A stretch of DNA of 64,000 nucleotides from an uncultured Bacteroidales bacterium (GCA_964508895.1 CAZDWF010000002.1:2645-66644), one strand, 5' to 3'. Counted from the first letter of the stretch, positions 37,709 through 49,120 are shown. The notes: generated from the sequence alone by a model not told the origin. A program made the numbers and translations.

Positions 37709-39593
37709 ACCAGTTTATTCCCAGCTCTTTCTGGAACTCTTTCAATGTTTCAAGCACATTTGACCTGGTATGGATAAAATGCTTAATTCCTGCATTTTGC
37801 AAAGCTTTTACACTGTCTTTTGGATATCCTGCGATAACCAGAATTGCCTTATTGTTGAGCTTATCATAAATTCCTGGAGCTATTTCAGGGTATTCTTCAT
37901 CTGAGCTACAGATCACCACTATATCAGCTTTTTGTTCGAGTGCCGAATTTACTCCTTCATCAATGGAACTAAACCCGATATTATCAATGATCTCATATCC
38001 CGCGCTGGCAAAGAAATTTCCTGCAAACTGTGCACGGGCAATGCGCATTCCGATATTACCATAAGCAAGCATAAATACTTTAGGCCTGTTTTTACTCATG
38101 GAATATTTATCAGTTGCATACCTGAGCTTTTCGAATTCCTGCGCTGCACGGTAAGTTTCAATTCCATTAGCATCAGCATTAGAAACAGTTTCATCTTCTG
38201 TTTTCAGGATGGAGCTGTCTATTTCCTTTTCAATATGCTCGTTGAAATTTGGATATTGATTGGTTCCCAGTATGCTTATCCTGCGGCTTGCAATGTCATT
38301 TTCTCTTTTATCTTTTGTTTCTTTAAATTTATCCTGTATAAAACCCTTCTTGAAAGCTTCAATATATCCACCTTTTGATTCTATTTCCAGGAAAAGGATC
38401 CATGCTTCTTTTGCAATGCTATCGGTCAATTTTTCAATATAATATGAGCCGGCTGACGGGTCCACAATCTTGTCGAGATAAGATTCTTCTTTTAAAAGCA
38501 ATTGCTGGTTGCGGGCAACCCTTTCAGAGAACTCCGTTGGATCTTCATAAATGCTATTGAAAGGTTTAACGGTTAATGAATCAACACCGGAAATTATCGC
38601 TGACATAGATTCTGTAGTAGTTCTCAGCATATTCACATAAGGATCGTAAATGCTTTTATTCCAGTTGATGGTAGTGCCATGAATATTCATACAGGCATGT
38701 GCCTCATCACTTGGGCCATAAGCTTTAACAATTTGTGCCCAGAGAAAACGGGCTGCTCTTATCTTGGCAATTTCCATAAAGTAATTTCCTCCGATACCAA
38801 AGTTAAATTTGATATTAGGAGCGATCCTGTCAACTGAAATACCCTTTTCTGTCAGATGTGTGAGGAATTCCGCACCCATAGCTATACTATATCCCAGTTC
38901 TTCAACGATGGATGATCCTGCTTCTCTGAAATCGGAACCATAAACAGAAAGGACCGTGAAATGCGGTAGGTTATGAGCTATATCAATAAGTTCCTTGCAG
39001 GTATTAAAACTATCTTCCTGTGAGCCATAAAATTTCCCTTTCAGGGTCAGGAAACCCAATGGATCGAAATCTATAGAGCCGTGTATCTTCTGGAAATCAC
39101 GGTTATACTGTTTTACCAGGTCGTAAAAGATCATCATCAGATCTGCGACCTGTTTTGGACTTGTGATAAAGTTGATCTCAACGATTTCTGCGAAAATATT
39201 TTTTAAAAGGGAATCGATATCATCGCGTGTATAATCCTTTTCCCTGTCAAGTACAAATCCAAGGGAGTTCACACCTTTCATCAGTATATCAAGAGCTTTC
39301 TTATTTGCTTTATCAAGGTCAGTGATAGTAATATCCTGGCGGATATACCAATCGTTGTTGTTTATCTTGTTCCCTCTAACAAAAGGGAATTCTCCGGGAA
39401 GTTCATCAAGGTATTTTATATTATTAAGATCTTCGCTTCTATAAAAAGGCTGCAGATTGAAACCCTCACTGGTTCTCCAGACAAGCTTTTTATCATAATC
39501 CGCTCCTTTAAGATCATTAAAGATCTTTTCTTTCCATTCCTGAGTGGAAATAGCAGAAAACTCTTTAAACAGGTCGTTATTCTTTTGTTGCAT
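37698..39593 (-). CDS. mutA: Methylmalonyl-CoA mutase small (beta) subunit
   Basis: Mutase fold without the DxHxxG histidine. Overlaps the mutB start. Confidence 0.8.
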   Translation of the reverse strand: MQQKNNDLFKEFSAISTQEWKEKIFNDLKGADYDKKLVWRTSEGFNLQPFYRSEDLNNIKYLDELPGEFPFVRGNKINNNDWYIRQDITITDLDKANKKALDILMKGVNSLGFVLDREKDYTRDDIDSLLKNIFAEIVEINFITSPKQVADLMMIFYDLVKQYNRDFQKIHGSIDFDPLGFLTLKGKFYGSQEDSFNTCKELIDIAHNLPHFTVLSVYGSDFREAGSSIVEELGYSIAMGAEFLTHLTEKGISVDRIAPNIKFNFGIGGNYFMEIAKIRAARFLWAQIVKAYGPSDEAHACMNIHGTTINWNKSIYDPYVNMLRTTTESMSAIISGVDSLTVKPFNSIYEDPTEFSERVARNQQLLLKEESYLDKIVDPSAGSYYIEKLTDSIAKEAWILFLEIESKGGYIEAFKKGFIQDKFKETKDKRENDIASRRISILGTNQYPNFNEHIEKEIDSSILKTEDETVSNADANGIETYRAAQEFEKLRYATDKYSMSKNRPKVFMLAYGNIGMRIARAQFAGNFFASAGYEIIDNIGFSSIDEGVNSALEQKADIVVICSSDEEYPEIAPGIYDKLNNKAILVIAGYPKDSVKALQNAGIKHFIHTRSNVLETLKEFQKELGINWFEN

Positions 39594-39828
39594 TATAGAA
39601 ATTTAGCTCAATAATTTTCAAATCAAGAGAACAGTACTGAAATGGATGTAAAATTACGATAAAAGAATCAGAGTTCAGAATTGAGTGATAAATAAGACTT
39701 AATCATAAAGTCGCACAAAGTATCTTACAAGTAACTCAAAGAGTACCTTTGCTAGCGCGGACTTGTAGTCCCTGCTCTCGCTAACAATATAATAAGTCAC
39801 GGACAACATGTCCGCACCAGCTAGGGAT

Positions 39829-39855
39829 CTAACCGCAATTGACGCTTTGGAAGGT
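39829..39855. repeat. Solo, diverged copy of the GxxExxY-cassette terminal repeat
   Basis: The sequence taaccgcaattgacgctttggaaggtg matches 18150-18176 at 22/27 positions. No adjacent ORF. Confidence 0.6.
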
Positions 39856-39883
39856 GTTATAAAAGCAGAGATTTAATTCTATT

Positions 39884-39910
39884 CGCACCCAATTATTAAT
39901 TTTTAATTCT
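39884..39910. repeat. 27-nt element GCACCCAATT-ATTAATT-TTTAATTCTC
   Basis: The same element occurs at 49212-49252 with two fewer heptads here. Its complement supplies the last two codons and the TAA stop of the S46 peptidase gene. Confidence 0.8.
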
Positions 39911-42065
39911 CAGAGAGTGTCATTTCCTCAACCAAATGTCCTGCCCCTGCAAACTTATCCATAATAAAAAGGCAGTAACGAATATCAAGTGTGATATTCC
40001 TGCAGAAATCAGGGTCGAAGACGATATCGCTCATTGTACCTTCCCAGCAGCGGTCGAAATTCAGTCCAATGAGTTCGCCATCCGCATTGATTACAGGGCT
40101 TCCTGAATTACCTCCTGAAGTATGGTTATTGGCAATAAAGCAAACATGCATGCTCTCATCGTCGTCGGCATATTTACCATAATCTTTTTCATTATAAAGT
40201 TCTTTTAACTTTTCTTCTACTACATAATCATAGATATCAGGGTTTTCCTTTTCCATGATACCGTTGAGCGTGGTGAAATAATCATAATAAACCCCATCAG
40301 CGGGATAATAATCGCTTACATTACCATAGGCAACACGTAATGTGAAATTTGCATCTGGATAATATCTTAAGTCTGGCTGAAACTCCATTTGAGCCTTCAT
40401 ATAAATACGCTGCAGGCTGTCGATCTTATTATCCAGTTTTCTTATTTGAGGACCAATGATTGAGAACATGGCATAAATGCTTTCAGCTAACTCATATACA
40501 GGGTCTTTTGCGATCTTTTTGAATTTACCTGCTTTATAGGTATCAAGGAATCTTTCAACCTTGCATTCACAGGTCATGAACGTATGTTTAAAAACATGAT
40601 CAGTATATTTCGCTATATCTCCTTTAAATTTATTGGTGATTGTTTCGAAGATCTCAGGTTGATCTTCAGGTTTAAGATCCTTATAATAATCAGCGATCAA
40701 TACCTCGAAGATCTCTTCATCAACAGGCATGTGATAGTTTTTAAAGAACCCACTTGATCTTTTCTTCAAATTCTCCAACAGTTTATCAATTTCTTCTTTG
40801 CTGCTTTTCTTTTTACTAGCTTCCAGCAATCTACGATAAGAAATAGCATATCTTACTACTTCAATACCTAATCCGGCCTCAATAGTGTAAGTATATGATA
40901 ACTCCAATGGTCCTGCTTTGCTGTATGCTTTTTCAAATTCAGGCAGCAAATTTCCGTATTTCATTTTCCTTTCAGGATCAGCATCAGCCCATGCCTGGAA
41001 TGCTGCTTCATATTGCTGTTTCTCATCAAGAGTTTTCATGCGGTAAATACCTTTATTCTCTCCAATCCATTTTTTCCATCCGTTGGCAATTCCTGCAGAT
41101 TTTGAAGCATATTGAATTCTTACTTTAGGATCTTTCTCGACATACTTGTTTATGATATCCAGCCTTTTCCCTCTTAGTTCTACACGGATAGGATTTTTTA
41201 GTTCCGTTACATGCTCCACTGCCCATGATGGAATATATTGTTGTGTTGATCCAGGATATCCAAACACCATAGTAAAATCATCCTTTTCCACTCCTTTCAG
41301 GGAAACCGGGAAGAAGAATTTTGGTTTATAAGGGACATTGTTTTTTGAGTATTTTGCAGGATTGTTGTTTGAATCGGCATAGATCCTGAAAACAGAGAAA
41401 TCCCCGGTATGCCGGGGCCACATCCAGTTGTCGGTATCACCACCGAATTTACCAATATTTGAAGGAGGAGCACCTACAAGGCGAACATCTTCGTAAATTT
41501 CGTTAATGAAAAGTATAAACTGATTACCATGATAGAAAGCTTTAACCCTCGCATCATAATGAGAGGTGTCTTCAATACTTTCAACCAACTTATCAATATG
41601 GCTACCTATTATTGAATCTCTTATTTTCTCTGAAATATTATCTGTTACTCCTTTCAGTATGAGATTTGATACATCTTCCATTTTTACCAGGAAGGTCACT
41701 TTCAATCCCGGGTTTTCAAGCTCTTCATCCTTGTTCATCGCCCAGAAACCATCTGTAAGATAATCGTGCTCTATACTTGAATGAGCCTGGATTCTTCCAT
41801 AACCACAATGATGGTTAGTCAGCAATAATCCTTCAGGACTTACCAATACACCCGTACATCCTCCTCCAAAGATCACTATCCCATCCTTTAAGCTTGTTTT
41901 ATTAACACTATAGATATCATCTGTAGAGATTCTCATCCCCATTGCATGCATATCTTTTTCGTTATATTTTTTCAGCAGCATTGGCAACCACATCCCTTCA
42001 TCAGCCCGAACATTAATATTCATTATCAACAATGCTGAAATCAAAAATCCAATAAATCGTCCCAT
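39903..42065 (-). CDS. S46-family dipeptidyl-peptidase (DPP7/DPP11-like)
   Basis: N-terminal ADEGMWLP after the signal peptide. TNHHCG His block. Catalytic Ser block GGNSGSPV. Confidence 0.8.
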   Translation of the reverse strand: MGRFIGFLISALLIMNINVRADEGMWLPMLLKKYNEKDMHAMGMRISTDDIYSVNKTSLKDGIVIFGGGCTGVLVSPEGLLLTNHHCGYGRIQAHSSIEHDYLTDGFWAMNKDEELENPGLKVTFLVKMEDVSNLILKGVTDNISEKIRDSIIGSHIDKLVESIEDTSHYDARVKAFYHGNQFILFINEIYEDVRLVGAPPSNIGKFGGDTDNWMWPRHTGDFSVFRIYADSNNNPAKYSKNNVPYKPKFFFPVSLKGVEKDDFTMVFGYPGSTQQYIPSWAVEHVTELKNPIRVELRGKRLDIINKYVEKDPKVRIQYASKSAGIANGWKKWIGENKGIYRMKTLDEKQQYEAAFQAWADADPERKMKYGNLLPEFEKAYSKAGPLELSYTYTIEAGLGIEVVRYAISYRRLLEASKKKSSKEEIDKLLENLKKRSSGFFKNYHMPVDEEIFEVLIADYYKDLKPEDQPEIFETITNKFKGDIAKYTDHVFKHTFMTCECKVERFLDTYKAGKFKKIAKDPVYELAESIYAMFSIIGPQIRKLDNKIDSLQRIYMKAQMEFQPDLRYYPDANFTLRVAYGNVSDYYPADGVYYDYFTTLNGIMEKENPDIYDYVVEEKLKELYNEKDYGKYADDDESMHVCFIANNHTSGGNSGSPVINADGELIGLNFDRCWEGTMSDIVFDPDFCRNITLDIRYCLFIMDKFAGAGHLVEEMTLSEN

Positions 42066-42073
42066 CTCAAATA

Positions 42074-42101
42074 AATTATTAATTGTTAATTATTAATTAC
42101 T
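42074..42101. repeat. Heptad array AATTNTT
   Basis: Units: aattatt aattgtt aattatt aattact. The complement carries the ridA stop codon. Confidence 0.7.
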
Positions 42102-42474
42102 TAGCGGCTATTGTCTCAATCCCAACCATCACCCCCAGTGGAAGTTTATCCACCTCACAGGCAGCTCTTGCTGGAGGATTTTCAGGATAGTACTTCCCAT
42201 AAATCTCGTTCATAGCGACAAAATTATCCATATTGTCAAGAAAACAAGTTGATTTAATCACATCCCCGAATGTATATCCGGCTTTCTCCAGGATGGCCTG
42301 GATATTTCTCATTACCTGTTCAGTTTGTTCTTTTATTCCACCTTCTACTATATTTGTTGTAGCAGGATCAATTGAAATTTGCATGGATATGAAAAGCATT
42401 CCGTTTGCTTCCACAGCCTGACTGTATGGACCTACAGCAGCAGGAGCTTTTTGAGTGCTTATGATTCTTTTCAT
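42097..42474 (-). CDS. ridA: RidA/YjgF family reactive-intermediate deaminase
   Basis: 125 aa. Family blocks APAAVGPYSQA and ARAACEV..LP. Confidence 0.85.
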   Translation of the reverse strand: MKRIISTQKAPAAVGPYSQAVEANGMLFISMQISIDPATTNIVEGGIKEQTEQVMRNIQAILEKAGYTFGDVIKSTCFLDNMDNFVAMNEIYGKYYPENPPARAACEVDKLPLGVMVGIETIAAK

Positions 42475-42519
42475 GATAGGTTTTGTTTGGAGAGATCAAA
42501 GATAGGAAAATATAGGATT

Positions 42520-42547
42520 CAAGGGGCAAGAAGCAAGGGGCAACCCA
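42520..42547. repeat. Heptad array CAAGNGG
   Basis: Units: caagggg caagaag caagggg caaccca. Confidence 0.7.
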
Positions 42548-42576
42548 TCCAAGCCTCATTATTAATTTTTAGTTGA

Positions 42577-45324
42577 TTACAGGTCACGGAAGTCTTTTTT
42601 CTTAGTAAGCTTCATATCCTGGAGAATACTGGCTTTCACATTTAGTCCGAAATTCCAGCTTTTTCGTGGACCTATGGGTATCCAGTTGAAGCGCATTTCG
42701 AAGCAATGCAGGTCGCGGTAAATATTCACGGAAGTATAAGAAAGGTCGCTGGCATCGAAATCCCAACCGGTCATTATAGCAATTTTCCATTTGGGAGTTA
42801 TATTAACATCGGCAGACATACCAAGGGTTTGCACTAGCTGTTCATCTTCCATAATACTGCCATTGACCATCCTGTGCGTCATGACCCATCGTAAGTTATA
42901 ATTTATGCTAAGACCCCAGGGTATTTCCCAATCGATATAATCATCAGGATTTCTATTAATATAGTCCACCTGGTCCTGTGTTGCATTAGCAGATGTTTTC
43001 TTAGCATCTTTCTTTTTTTCTGCTTCACTTTTGAAAAAGTCAGGATCCATACGAAAACTGGCACCTATATTCCAGGATGTATTTTTTAGTCGTAATAACC
43101 TCCTGTTGACATCCCATTCATACTTATTTACATTGATTCCGTTTGAATCCACTGCATAGAGATCCCAGGCACTGGAATAGGTAATATCAATCCCTTTATA
43201 CAGTCGGGTTCTGCCGCTCATTGAAATGTTCGACCATTTCAATGAATCCTTAGCCATATCATAAGATGCACCAATTGTAAAATTATCTATAAGGGTGATC
43301 TTCTTTGTTCCTGTTACAGTATCTTTCAGCCACCTGACCTTCATTTCCAGATTGTTGGCAAGACTTAAATTCAAGGAACTTGATTTGGCCCCCGGGGGTG
43401 ATCCATATACCCCACCTTCAAAAACTGAATACTTAACCTCTTTATCAAGTTTCGGATCATAATATGTTTTATAATATCCCCATTTTTCATCTCCGAAATC
43501 AGGAGTATAGCTAAAGCCTACAGATGGTGTTAGTACATGGCGGATGGCCTGAATCGGAAAATTCCTGCCAAAATTCAGCATCCCATAAACTTTTGTTGAA
43601 AGGGATGAAGAAAAGCTGAAATCTGTCTCATTTTTAAATTGCCTGATGGTATCTGTTTTTGCAAATCCAACTATGGTATCGTTATTCTGGAATAATGTAT
43701 CATCAACCCAATACCTGTCTATATACTGAAAATACATCCTGTCTTTGATATTAACGCTGTTGGTCCAGGTTAAATATTTAAAAACTTTGATAGGGCTGCT
43801 GATTGGAACCGAATGCATGATCCCGTTTTTCATTTCGTCAAATACACCTGGCTTAAAGAGCAATGAATCAGGTGTCGTTACAGAGTTCTTTGCATTTATA
43901 TTATAGCTTACGCTGATGTTTTCATACCATTTCAGTTTTCCTACTCTCTTTTTCTTCCTTAAGGGATAGAACCTGTTAACCGAAAAGTTGATCTCAGGAA
44001 GAGTAAGGTTAACCATCTTATCAAGTGTACTCTGGCTATGATTCGCATTTACAGTCAGAAAATACTTCTCTGCAAAACTTGTCTGGTATGAAACACTCGA
44101 CTGGAATGTATTGGAAAGATAATCCTGTGTTGAAGTAGGATTATAATAATTCGACTTGCTGCTTTTTATATTAACATCAGCGGAAAACCTGCTTTTCGGC
44201 CTTGCTTTAGGATCCTGCTGATGCAGCCAACGAACTGAAAAGTCTCTGTCCTTCTGATAATCCGCTGCCCCTTTCTCACCAAGAATATTTACTGCCCAGA
44301 TAAAATCAAAATTACCAGTAAACTTATATTGCTTTCTATATCTGAATGAAGGCTTAATGGCCCAGCTTCCTCTTGTATAAATATCCCCTGTCATTTTCAG
44401 ATCCATATAATCATTGATAGCCCAGTAATAACCACCGTTCTCAAAATAGAAACCTCTTTCAGCAGATTCACCCCAGGTAGGAATGATGATACCAGAACGT
44501 CTTCCTGATTGATTGGGGAAAATCCCAAATGGAATGAACAAAGGGGTCGGAACACCTTCGATTACAAGATAAGCAGGACCGGTAACTATTCTTTTTCCCG
44601 GGATAACCTTTGATTTATTATAACGAAATTCAAAGTCTTTGTTTTCACAGGGAGGACAGGTTGTATAAGATCCTTTTTGAATATTGATTTCATTATTTGG
44701 CATTTTCTTAATCCGTGTGCCTTCCACATATCCTTCTCCATCCTGAGTAACTACATCCTGGATCAAACCCTTTTTTGTATCAAAATTATACTGCATTATC
44801 CTGGATTGGAATTCCTGGCCACTTTCAGAAAACACAGGTAATCCTTTATCCTTTCCTGTTGAATCAGGCAGGCCAGAAGCAAATACTATATTGGTAGGGA
44901 AATCAATATCAATATATGCTGATGTAAGACTAATATCTTCATAATAAATTTCCGCATCCTTATACAAGAATACCTTTCGGTCTTTAACATTAAACCGAAG
45001 AGAATCCACTGCTTTATACTCAACCCTGGCATCCATGGCCGATTTGTTTTCTTTTTTCCGGGCTACAATATCTTTAGAGGAAGTATCTACCGGTTTACCG
45101 TGAGCTAATAAAAGAGAATCGATAGAAAATGAAGCACTGTCAGCATGTAAGAGTGAGTCCGGAAGAACAAGAGAAGTATCCTGTTTTTGAAATAATACAG
45201 AGTCTGTACTGATAATTGAAGCTGTGTCAGATTCTTGTCCGTACGACAAGCTCAAACTCAGCCACCCTACAATTATGCAGAAACAATATTTCAACCGCAT
45301 GCCTGTTAATAACTTAATCAACAA
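42577..45324 (-). CDS. LptD-like LPS-assembly outer-membrane protein
   Basis: Signal peptide, an OstA-like N-terminal domain (YKAVDSLRFNVKDRKVFLYKDAEIYYED) and a long beta-rich C-terminus of about 900 aa, as in Bacteroidota LptD candidates. Confidence 0.55.
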   Translation of the reverse strand: MLIKLLTGMRLKYCFCIIVGWLSLSLSYGQESDTASIISTDSVLFQKQDTSLVLPDSLLHADSASFSIDSLLLAHGKPVDTSSKDIVARKKENKSAMDARVEYKAVDSLRFNVKDRKVFLYKDAEIYYEDISLTSAYIDIDFPTNIVFASGLPDSTGKDKGLPVFSESGQEFQSRIMQYNFDTKKGLIQDVVTQDGEGYVEGTRIKKMPNNEINIQKGSYTTCPPCENKDFEFRYNKSKVIPGKRIVTGPAYLVIEGVPTPLFIPFGIFPNQSGRRSGIIIPTWGESAERGFYFENGGYYWAINDYMDLKMTGDIYTRGSWAIKPSFRYRKQYKFTGNFDFIWAVNILGEKGAADYQKDRDFSVRWLHQQDPKARPKSRFSADVNIKSSKSNYYNPTSTQDYLSNTFQSSVSYQTSFAEKYFLTVNANHSQSTLDKMVNLTLPEINFSVNRFYPLRKKKRVGKLKWYENISVSYNINAKNSVTTPDSLLFKPGVFDEMKNGIMHSVPISSPIKVFKYLTWTNSVNIKDRMYFQYIDRYWVDDTLFQNNDTIVGFAKTDTIRQFKNETDFSFSSSLSTKVYGMLNFGRNFPIQAIRHVLTPSVGFSYTPDFGDEKWGYYKTYYDPKLDKEVKYSVFEGGVYGSPPGAKSSSLNLSLANNLEMKVRWLKDTVTGTKKITLIDNFTIGASYDMAKDSLKWSNISMSGRTRLYKGIDITYSSAWDLYAVDSNGINVNKYEWDVNRRLLRLKNTSWNIGASFRMDPDFFKSEAEKKKDAKKTSANATQDQVDYINRNPDDYIDWEIPWGLSINYNLRWVMTHRMVNGSIMEDEQLVQTLGMSADVNITPKWKIAIMTGWDFDASDLSYTSVNIYRDLHCFEMRFNWIPIGPRKSWNFGLNVKASILQDMKLTKKKDFRDL

Positions 45325-45453
45325 CGTAAAAAATAGCTACTTTAAAGTACTAAATTTGTAATTATCAGAGGTGTATGCAACAGCTAACACCCAAATAATG
45401 AGAACAATAAATTAACTCACTTTGATTGTCAAAGCTACTAAATTATTGCTAAG

Positions 45454-46548
45454 TTGAAACGTCGCTATCTGATTTTTGGTATAATTTGTTTGCTGGTATT
45501 ATCAGCTCCGCCAGTATTATCACAAAACATGCTGAGAAAGGTTGTAATTGATGCAGGCCATGGGGGTAAAGATCCAGGTGCTGTCAGTGCTCATTCCTAT
45601 GAAAAGACCATTGCTCTTTCCATCGCCCTTAAAACAGGAGCTTACATAGAAAAGAACCTGCCGGGAGTGGAAGTGATATACACTCGGAAAACTGATAAAT
45701 TTGTTAAACTGCATGAGAGGGCCCAGATAGCCAATGATGCCAAGGCTGATTTCTTTATTTCTATACATTGCAATGCCAATAACTCTTCAAGGGTTTACGG
45801 CACAGAAACTTATGTGATGGGTTTGCATAAAAGTAATGCCAATCTTGAAGTAGCAAAGCTTGAAAATGCTGCCATCCTGAAAGAGGAAGATTATAATGAT
45901 ATGTATGAAGGTTTTAACCCTAATAATGATGAAGATTATATTACACTTACCTTCTTTCAAAGTGCTTATCTTGACCAAAGCATTGAACTGGCATCAAAGG
46001 TACAGGATCAGTTCAGGGAAAGGGTAAGCCTTCGCGACCGAGGTGTTCTTCAGGCAGGATTCTGGGTTTTATATAAAACAGCAATGCCAGGAATTCTGAT
46101 TGAAACCGGTTACTTATCTAATGCCAGTGATGAAAGATTTTTAAGATCGGAAAAAGGACAGGTTTATATTGCTTCTGCTATTTACAGGGCAGTGAAAGAA
46201 TACAAAGCCGAGCTTGAAGATAAGGACAAAAGAGCTCCTGTACCTGATGTTTCGACGAAAACAGTTACTGAAAAGGAAATACCAGATATTATATTTAAAG
46301 TTCAATTTGCATCAGCGAAAAAAAGTAAAAATACTGCCAGGTTCAAAGGTGTTTCAAATATTGAAGAATACTTCCATAATGGACAGTATAAATATACTAC
46401 CGGAAATACTACATCATTAGCGGAAGCTGAGAAACTGATGGAGACTATAAGGAAAAACAGGCAGTATAAGGATGCTTTTATCGTCGCCTTTTTAGATGGA
46501 GAAAGAATACCTATAGGCAAAGCCAAAGAAATGCTTGGATTGCAATAA
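45454..46548 (+). CDS. N-acetylmuramoyl-L-alanine amidase (Amidase_3) with C-terminal SPOR-like domain
   Basis: VVIDAGHGGKDPGA zinc-site block. The C-terminal ~80 aa (FKVQFASAKK...AFIVAF) is SPOR-like. TTG start. Confidence 0.85.
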   Translation: MKRRYLIFGIICLLVLSAPPVLSQNMLRKVVIDAGHGGKDPGAVSAHSYEKTIALSIALKTGAYIEKNLPGVEVIYTRKTDKFVKLHERAQIANDAKADFFISIHCNANNSSRVYGTETYVMGLHKSNANLEVAKLENAAILKEEDYNDMYEGFNPNNDEDYITLTFFQSAYLDQSIELASKVQDQFRERVSLRDRGVLQAGFWVLYKTAMPGILIETGYLSNASDERFLRSEKGQVYIASAIYRAVKEYKAELEDKDKRAPVPDVSTKTVTEKEIPDIIFKVQFASAKKSKNTARFKGVSNIEEYFHNGQYKYTTGNTTSLAEAEKLMETIRKNRQYKDAFIVAFLDGERIPIGKAKEMLGLQ

Positions 46549-46648
46549 TACGTTTCATGATTCCGTTAAAATTATTGAGTATTTCGTTATATGTTTTCAA
46601 TTGCCATAAAATCGTATTATATTTGTAATAATCCTTAAAAAATCTGTT

Positions 46649-47596
46649 TTGAAAATATCGAAAGAATTTAAGGTTGGCTTGGTATTTATTATAGCAATTG
46701 CCGCATTCATCTGGGGATTTAATTATCTTAAAGGTTTTGACCTGTTTAAGGAATATAAAACAATTTATTCAGTATATCCCAGGATAAACGGACTTACTAC
46801 TTCTAACCCGGTTTCAATAAATGGTCTTAAGGTTGGACAGGTTGCTGATATTTATTTTGAGCCTAATAATTCAGGCAGGATCGTAGTTTCCATGACCATT
46901 ACGACTGATCTTCCCATTCCTGATAATTCTATTGCCAATATTTTCAGCTCTGACCTTATGGGTTCAAAGGCAATTGACCTGGTACTTGGCGACAGTAAAA
47001 TAATACTTGCTAATGGTGACACCTTACCCTCAAAGGTAGAAGCAAGTATCAAAGAAGCAGTGAATCAACAAATCAAGCCATTAAAGAATAAAGCAGAAGA
47101 CCTGATCAAATCCATCGATTCTGTTGTAGTTGCATTAAGGAGTGTGCTTAATGAAAAATCCAGGAAAAATCTTGAGAATTCCATTGCAAGTATTTCACGT
47201 ACTTTATATAACCTTGAAAATGCATCATATAATATAGATACTCTGGTGGTAAGCCAGAAATCACGACTGGCACAGATCCTTTTCAATATGGAGATGATCA
47301 CTAATAACATATACAATAACAATGAAAAGATTGATAACATCATTGATAATTTCTCCTCCATAAGCGATTCTCTTGCCCAGGCTGAAATCCCAAGAACTTT
47401 CAACAACATCAACCGTACAGTTAATGATCTGGCTGTTATTACAGGAAAAATAAATAAAGGAGAAGGCACACTGGGATTGCTTATTAACGACGATAAGCTT
47501 TATCATAACCTACAGAATGCTGCTGCAGATCTGGATACTCTTCTTAAGGATATAAATGATAACCCAAAGAAATACGTAAAGTTCTCAATCTTCTAA
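46649..47596 (+). CDS. MlaD/MCE-family protein
   Basis: N-terminal TM anchor, then an MCE beta-barrel segment (VNGLKVGQV) and a long helical C-terminus. Confidence 0.7.
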   Translation: MKISKEFKVGLVFIIAIAAFIWGFNYLKGFDLFKEYKTIYSVYPRINGLTTSNPVSINGLKVGQVADIYFEPNNSGRIVVSMTITTDLPIPDNSIANIFSSDLMGSKAIDLVLGDSKIILANGDTLPSKVEASIKEAVNQQIKPLKNKAEDLIKSIDSVVVALRSVLNEKSRKNLENSIASISRTLYNLENASYNIDTLVVSQKSRLAQILFNMEMITNNIYNNNEKIDNIIDNFSSISDSLAQAEIPRTFNNINRTVNDLAVITGKINKGEGTLGLLINDDKLYHNLQNAAADLDTLLKDINDNPKKYVKFSIF

Positions 47597-49120
47597 TGAA
47601 GGTTCAAGCCAGTTAAAAATATCCCATTTTGTTTTCGGGCGCCGTTCTCCCCGCCATTTGAATCCTTTTAAGCGGAGTTCATTCTGAGGCAACTCTCCCT
47701 CAGGGTAAAGAACAGCATCAGGCCTGTCGATATAAGTGATAGTTATAATATCATTATTTTCCAGGAAAATAAGCATCTTGCTGGATAAGGCCTTGTTAAC
47801 ACCGATCAGGTTCCGGTCTTCTTCCCTGACAAAATATAAGGTCTCTGAATTTCCTGAAACAGTAATTTTATAGATCTTATTCCTTTTAAAATAGCCCACC
47901 ATATTTTTCCCTTTTATCTGGTTATATGTTCTATCCAGTGTATCATCCATTGAAATGATAAAGCATGAATTCACAAGAACCATCGAATCAACCTCATCGT
48001 TTGCATTTACAATTCGAATGGTATCGGCAAAAAGCTGGTTATCTTCTGTCCATAATATAGGTCCATTAAACAATGTTACTGTTGAATCAGGGAAATAATA
48101 AACCAGAGAATCGCATAATCCCTGAAGGTCTTCACGGAAAAATTTAACTTTATAATATGCATAAATAGATTCAGCATGATCCAGCGAATCAGACCTGATC
48201 AATAGAGTGTCGGCATGTAAAAAAAGGGAATCATAACGGTCGATCATAATAGCCACCGCGCTATCCGTCACAAAAGCATAACCGTCACGCCTGTCGAATT
48301 CAGCATAATTCCCTGTGATCGCAACATCCTGAAGAGTATCTCTTATCAGAATTTCATCATAAGCCTCACCATATTCATTGCCATTATCAAAATAAATACT
48401 GTCGCCATACATCTGCTGTTCATTATGCCTGATAAAAGCATTCTGCTTCAGATAAGCCACATCATTCTTTGTGTCATATTTTCCACGTTCACAATAAATC
48501 GAATCCTCTTCACCTAATATGTTCGTTGGCCCCAGTATATATGCAATTTCTGTATCGGTATTATACTTAAGTGTATCCGAATACATTTCATAATCAGGAT
48601 TCACAAGCACAACACTATCCTTAAAGAAAAACTCCTTATCGTCAGTATAATAATATCCGATCTTGCTGGTGAGCACATTAGTATCACTCACAATGCGGCC
48701 CCCTGTATTATAATAGGCAATACCCGTTAAACGATGATAGGTAAGATGTTCTGTAGTAAGAACAGCCCTGTTGTCTTCCAGGATAACATTGTAATGCAGG
48801 TATGCAATTTTTGTCGAGCCCTCATAATTCATGATGTCACCATAAATATCTGTTGAATCATTTACATCAATATGCACATTTCCAAAAGCATTGAAGTTAT
48901 TATCTTTCTTGTTGAGGTATGCACTATCGCAGTAAAATAATGTGCTATCCTGTTTGAGTATAACATCACCTATAAGCCTTTCAATATCTTTCCCTATCCT
49001 TTCATCATACTTCAGGTCGTTAGCACGGATCAGCATCACTTTGGTCTTTTGCTGTGAAAAGGCATTAGATGCAATGATGAGCAAAATGATTATTGAAATG
49101 TATTTTAGGGATTGATCCAT
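47585..49120 (-). CDS. OstA/LptA-like repeat protein
   Basis: Signal peptide. OstA-type pattern (GDVILKQDSTLFYCDSAYL...AFGNVHI) recurs along the protein. Confidence 0.55.
   Translation of the reverse strand: MDQSLKYISIIILLIIASNAFSQQKTKVMLIRANDLKYDERIGKDIERLIGDVILKQDSTLFYCDSAYLNKKDNNFNAFGNVHIDVNDSTDIYGDIMNYEGSTKIAYLHYNVILEDNRAVLTTEHLTYHRLTGIAYYNTGGRIVSDTNVLTSKIGYYYTDDKEFFFKDSVVLVNPDYEMYSDTLKYNTDTEIAYILGPTNILGEEDSIYCERGKYDTKNDVAYLKQNAFIRHNEQQMYGDSIYFDNGNEYGEAYDEILIRDTLQDVAITGNYAEFDRRDGYAFVTDSAVAIMIDRYDSLFLHADTLLIRSDSLDHAESIYAYYKVKFFREDLQGLCDSLVYYFPDSTVTLFNGPILWTEDNQLFADTIRIVNANDEVDSMVLVNSCFIISMDDTLDRTYNQIKGKNMVGYFKRNKIYKITVSGNSETLYFVREEDRNLIGVNKALSSKMLIFLENNDIITITYIDRPDAVLYPEGELPQNELRLKGFKWRGERRPKTKWDIFNWLEPSLED

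Noticed and set aside
39594-39902. Cobalamin riboswitch upstream of the B12-dependent mutAB operon.
   Set aside because: I could not recognise a B12 box or the conserved riboswitch core on the minus strand. The region is kept only as an unexplained structured region.
47585-47596. 12-nt convergent overlap of the mlaD-like and ostA-like genes, and an 8-nt convergent overlap at 15814-15821.
   Set aside because: Short 3'-3' overlaps are common in compact genomes. There is no additional signal.
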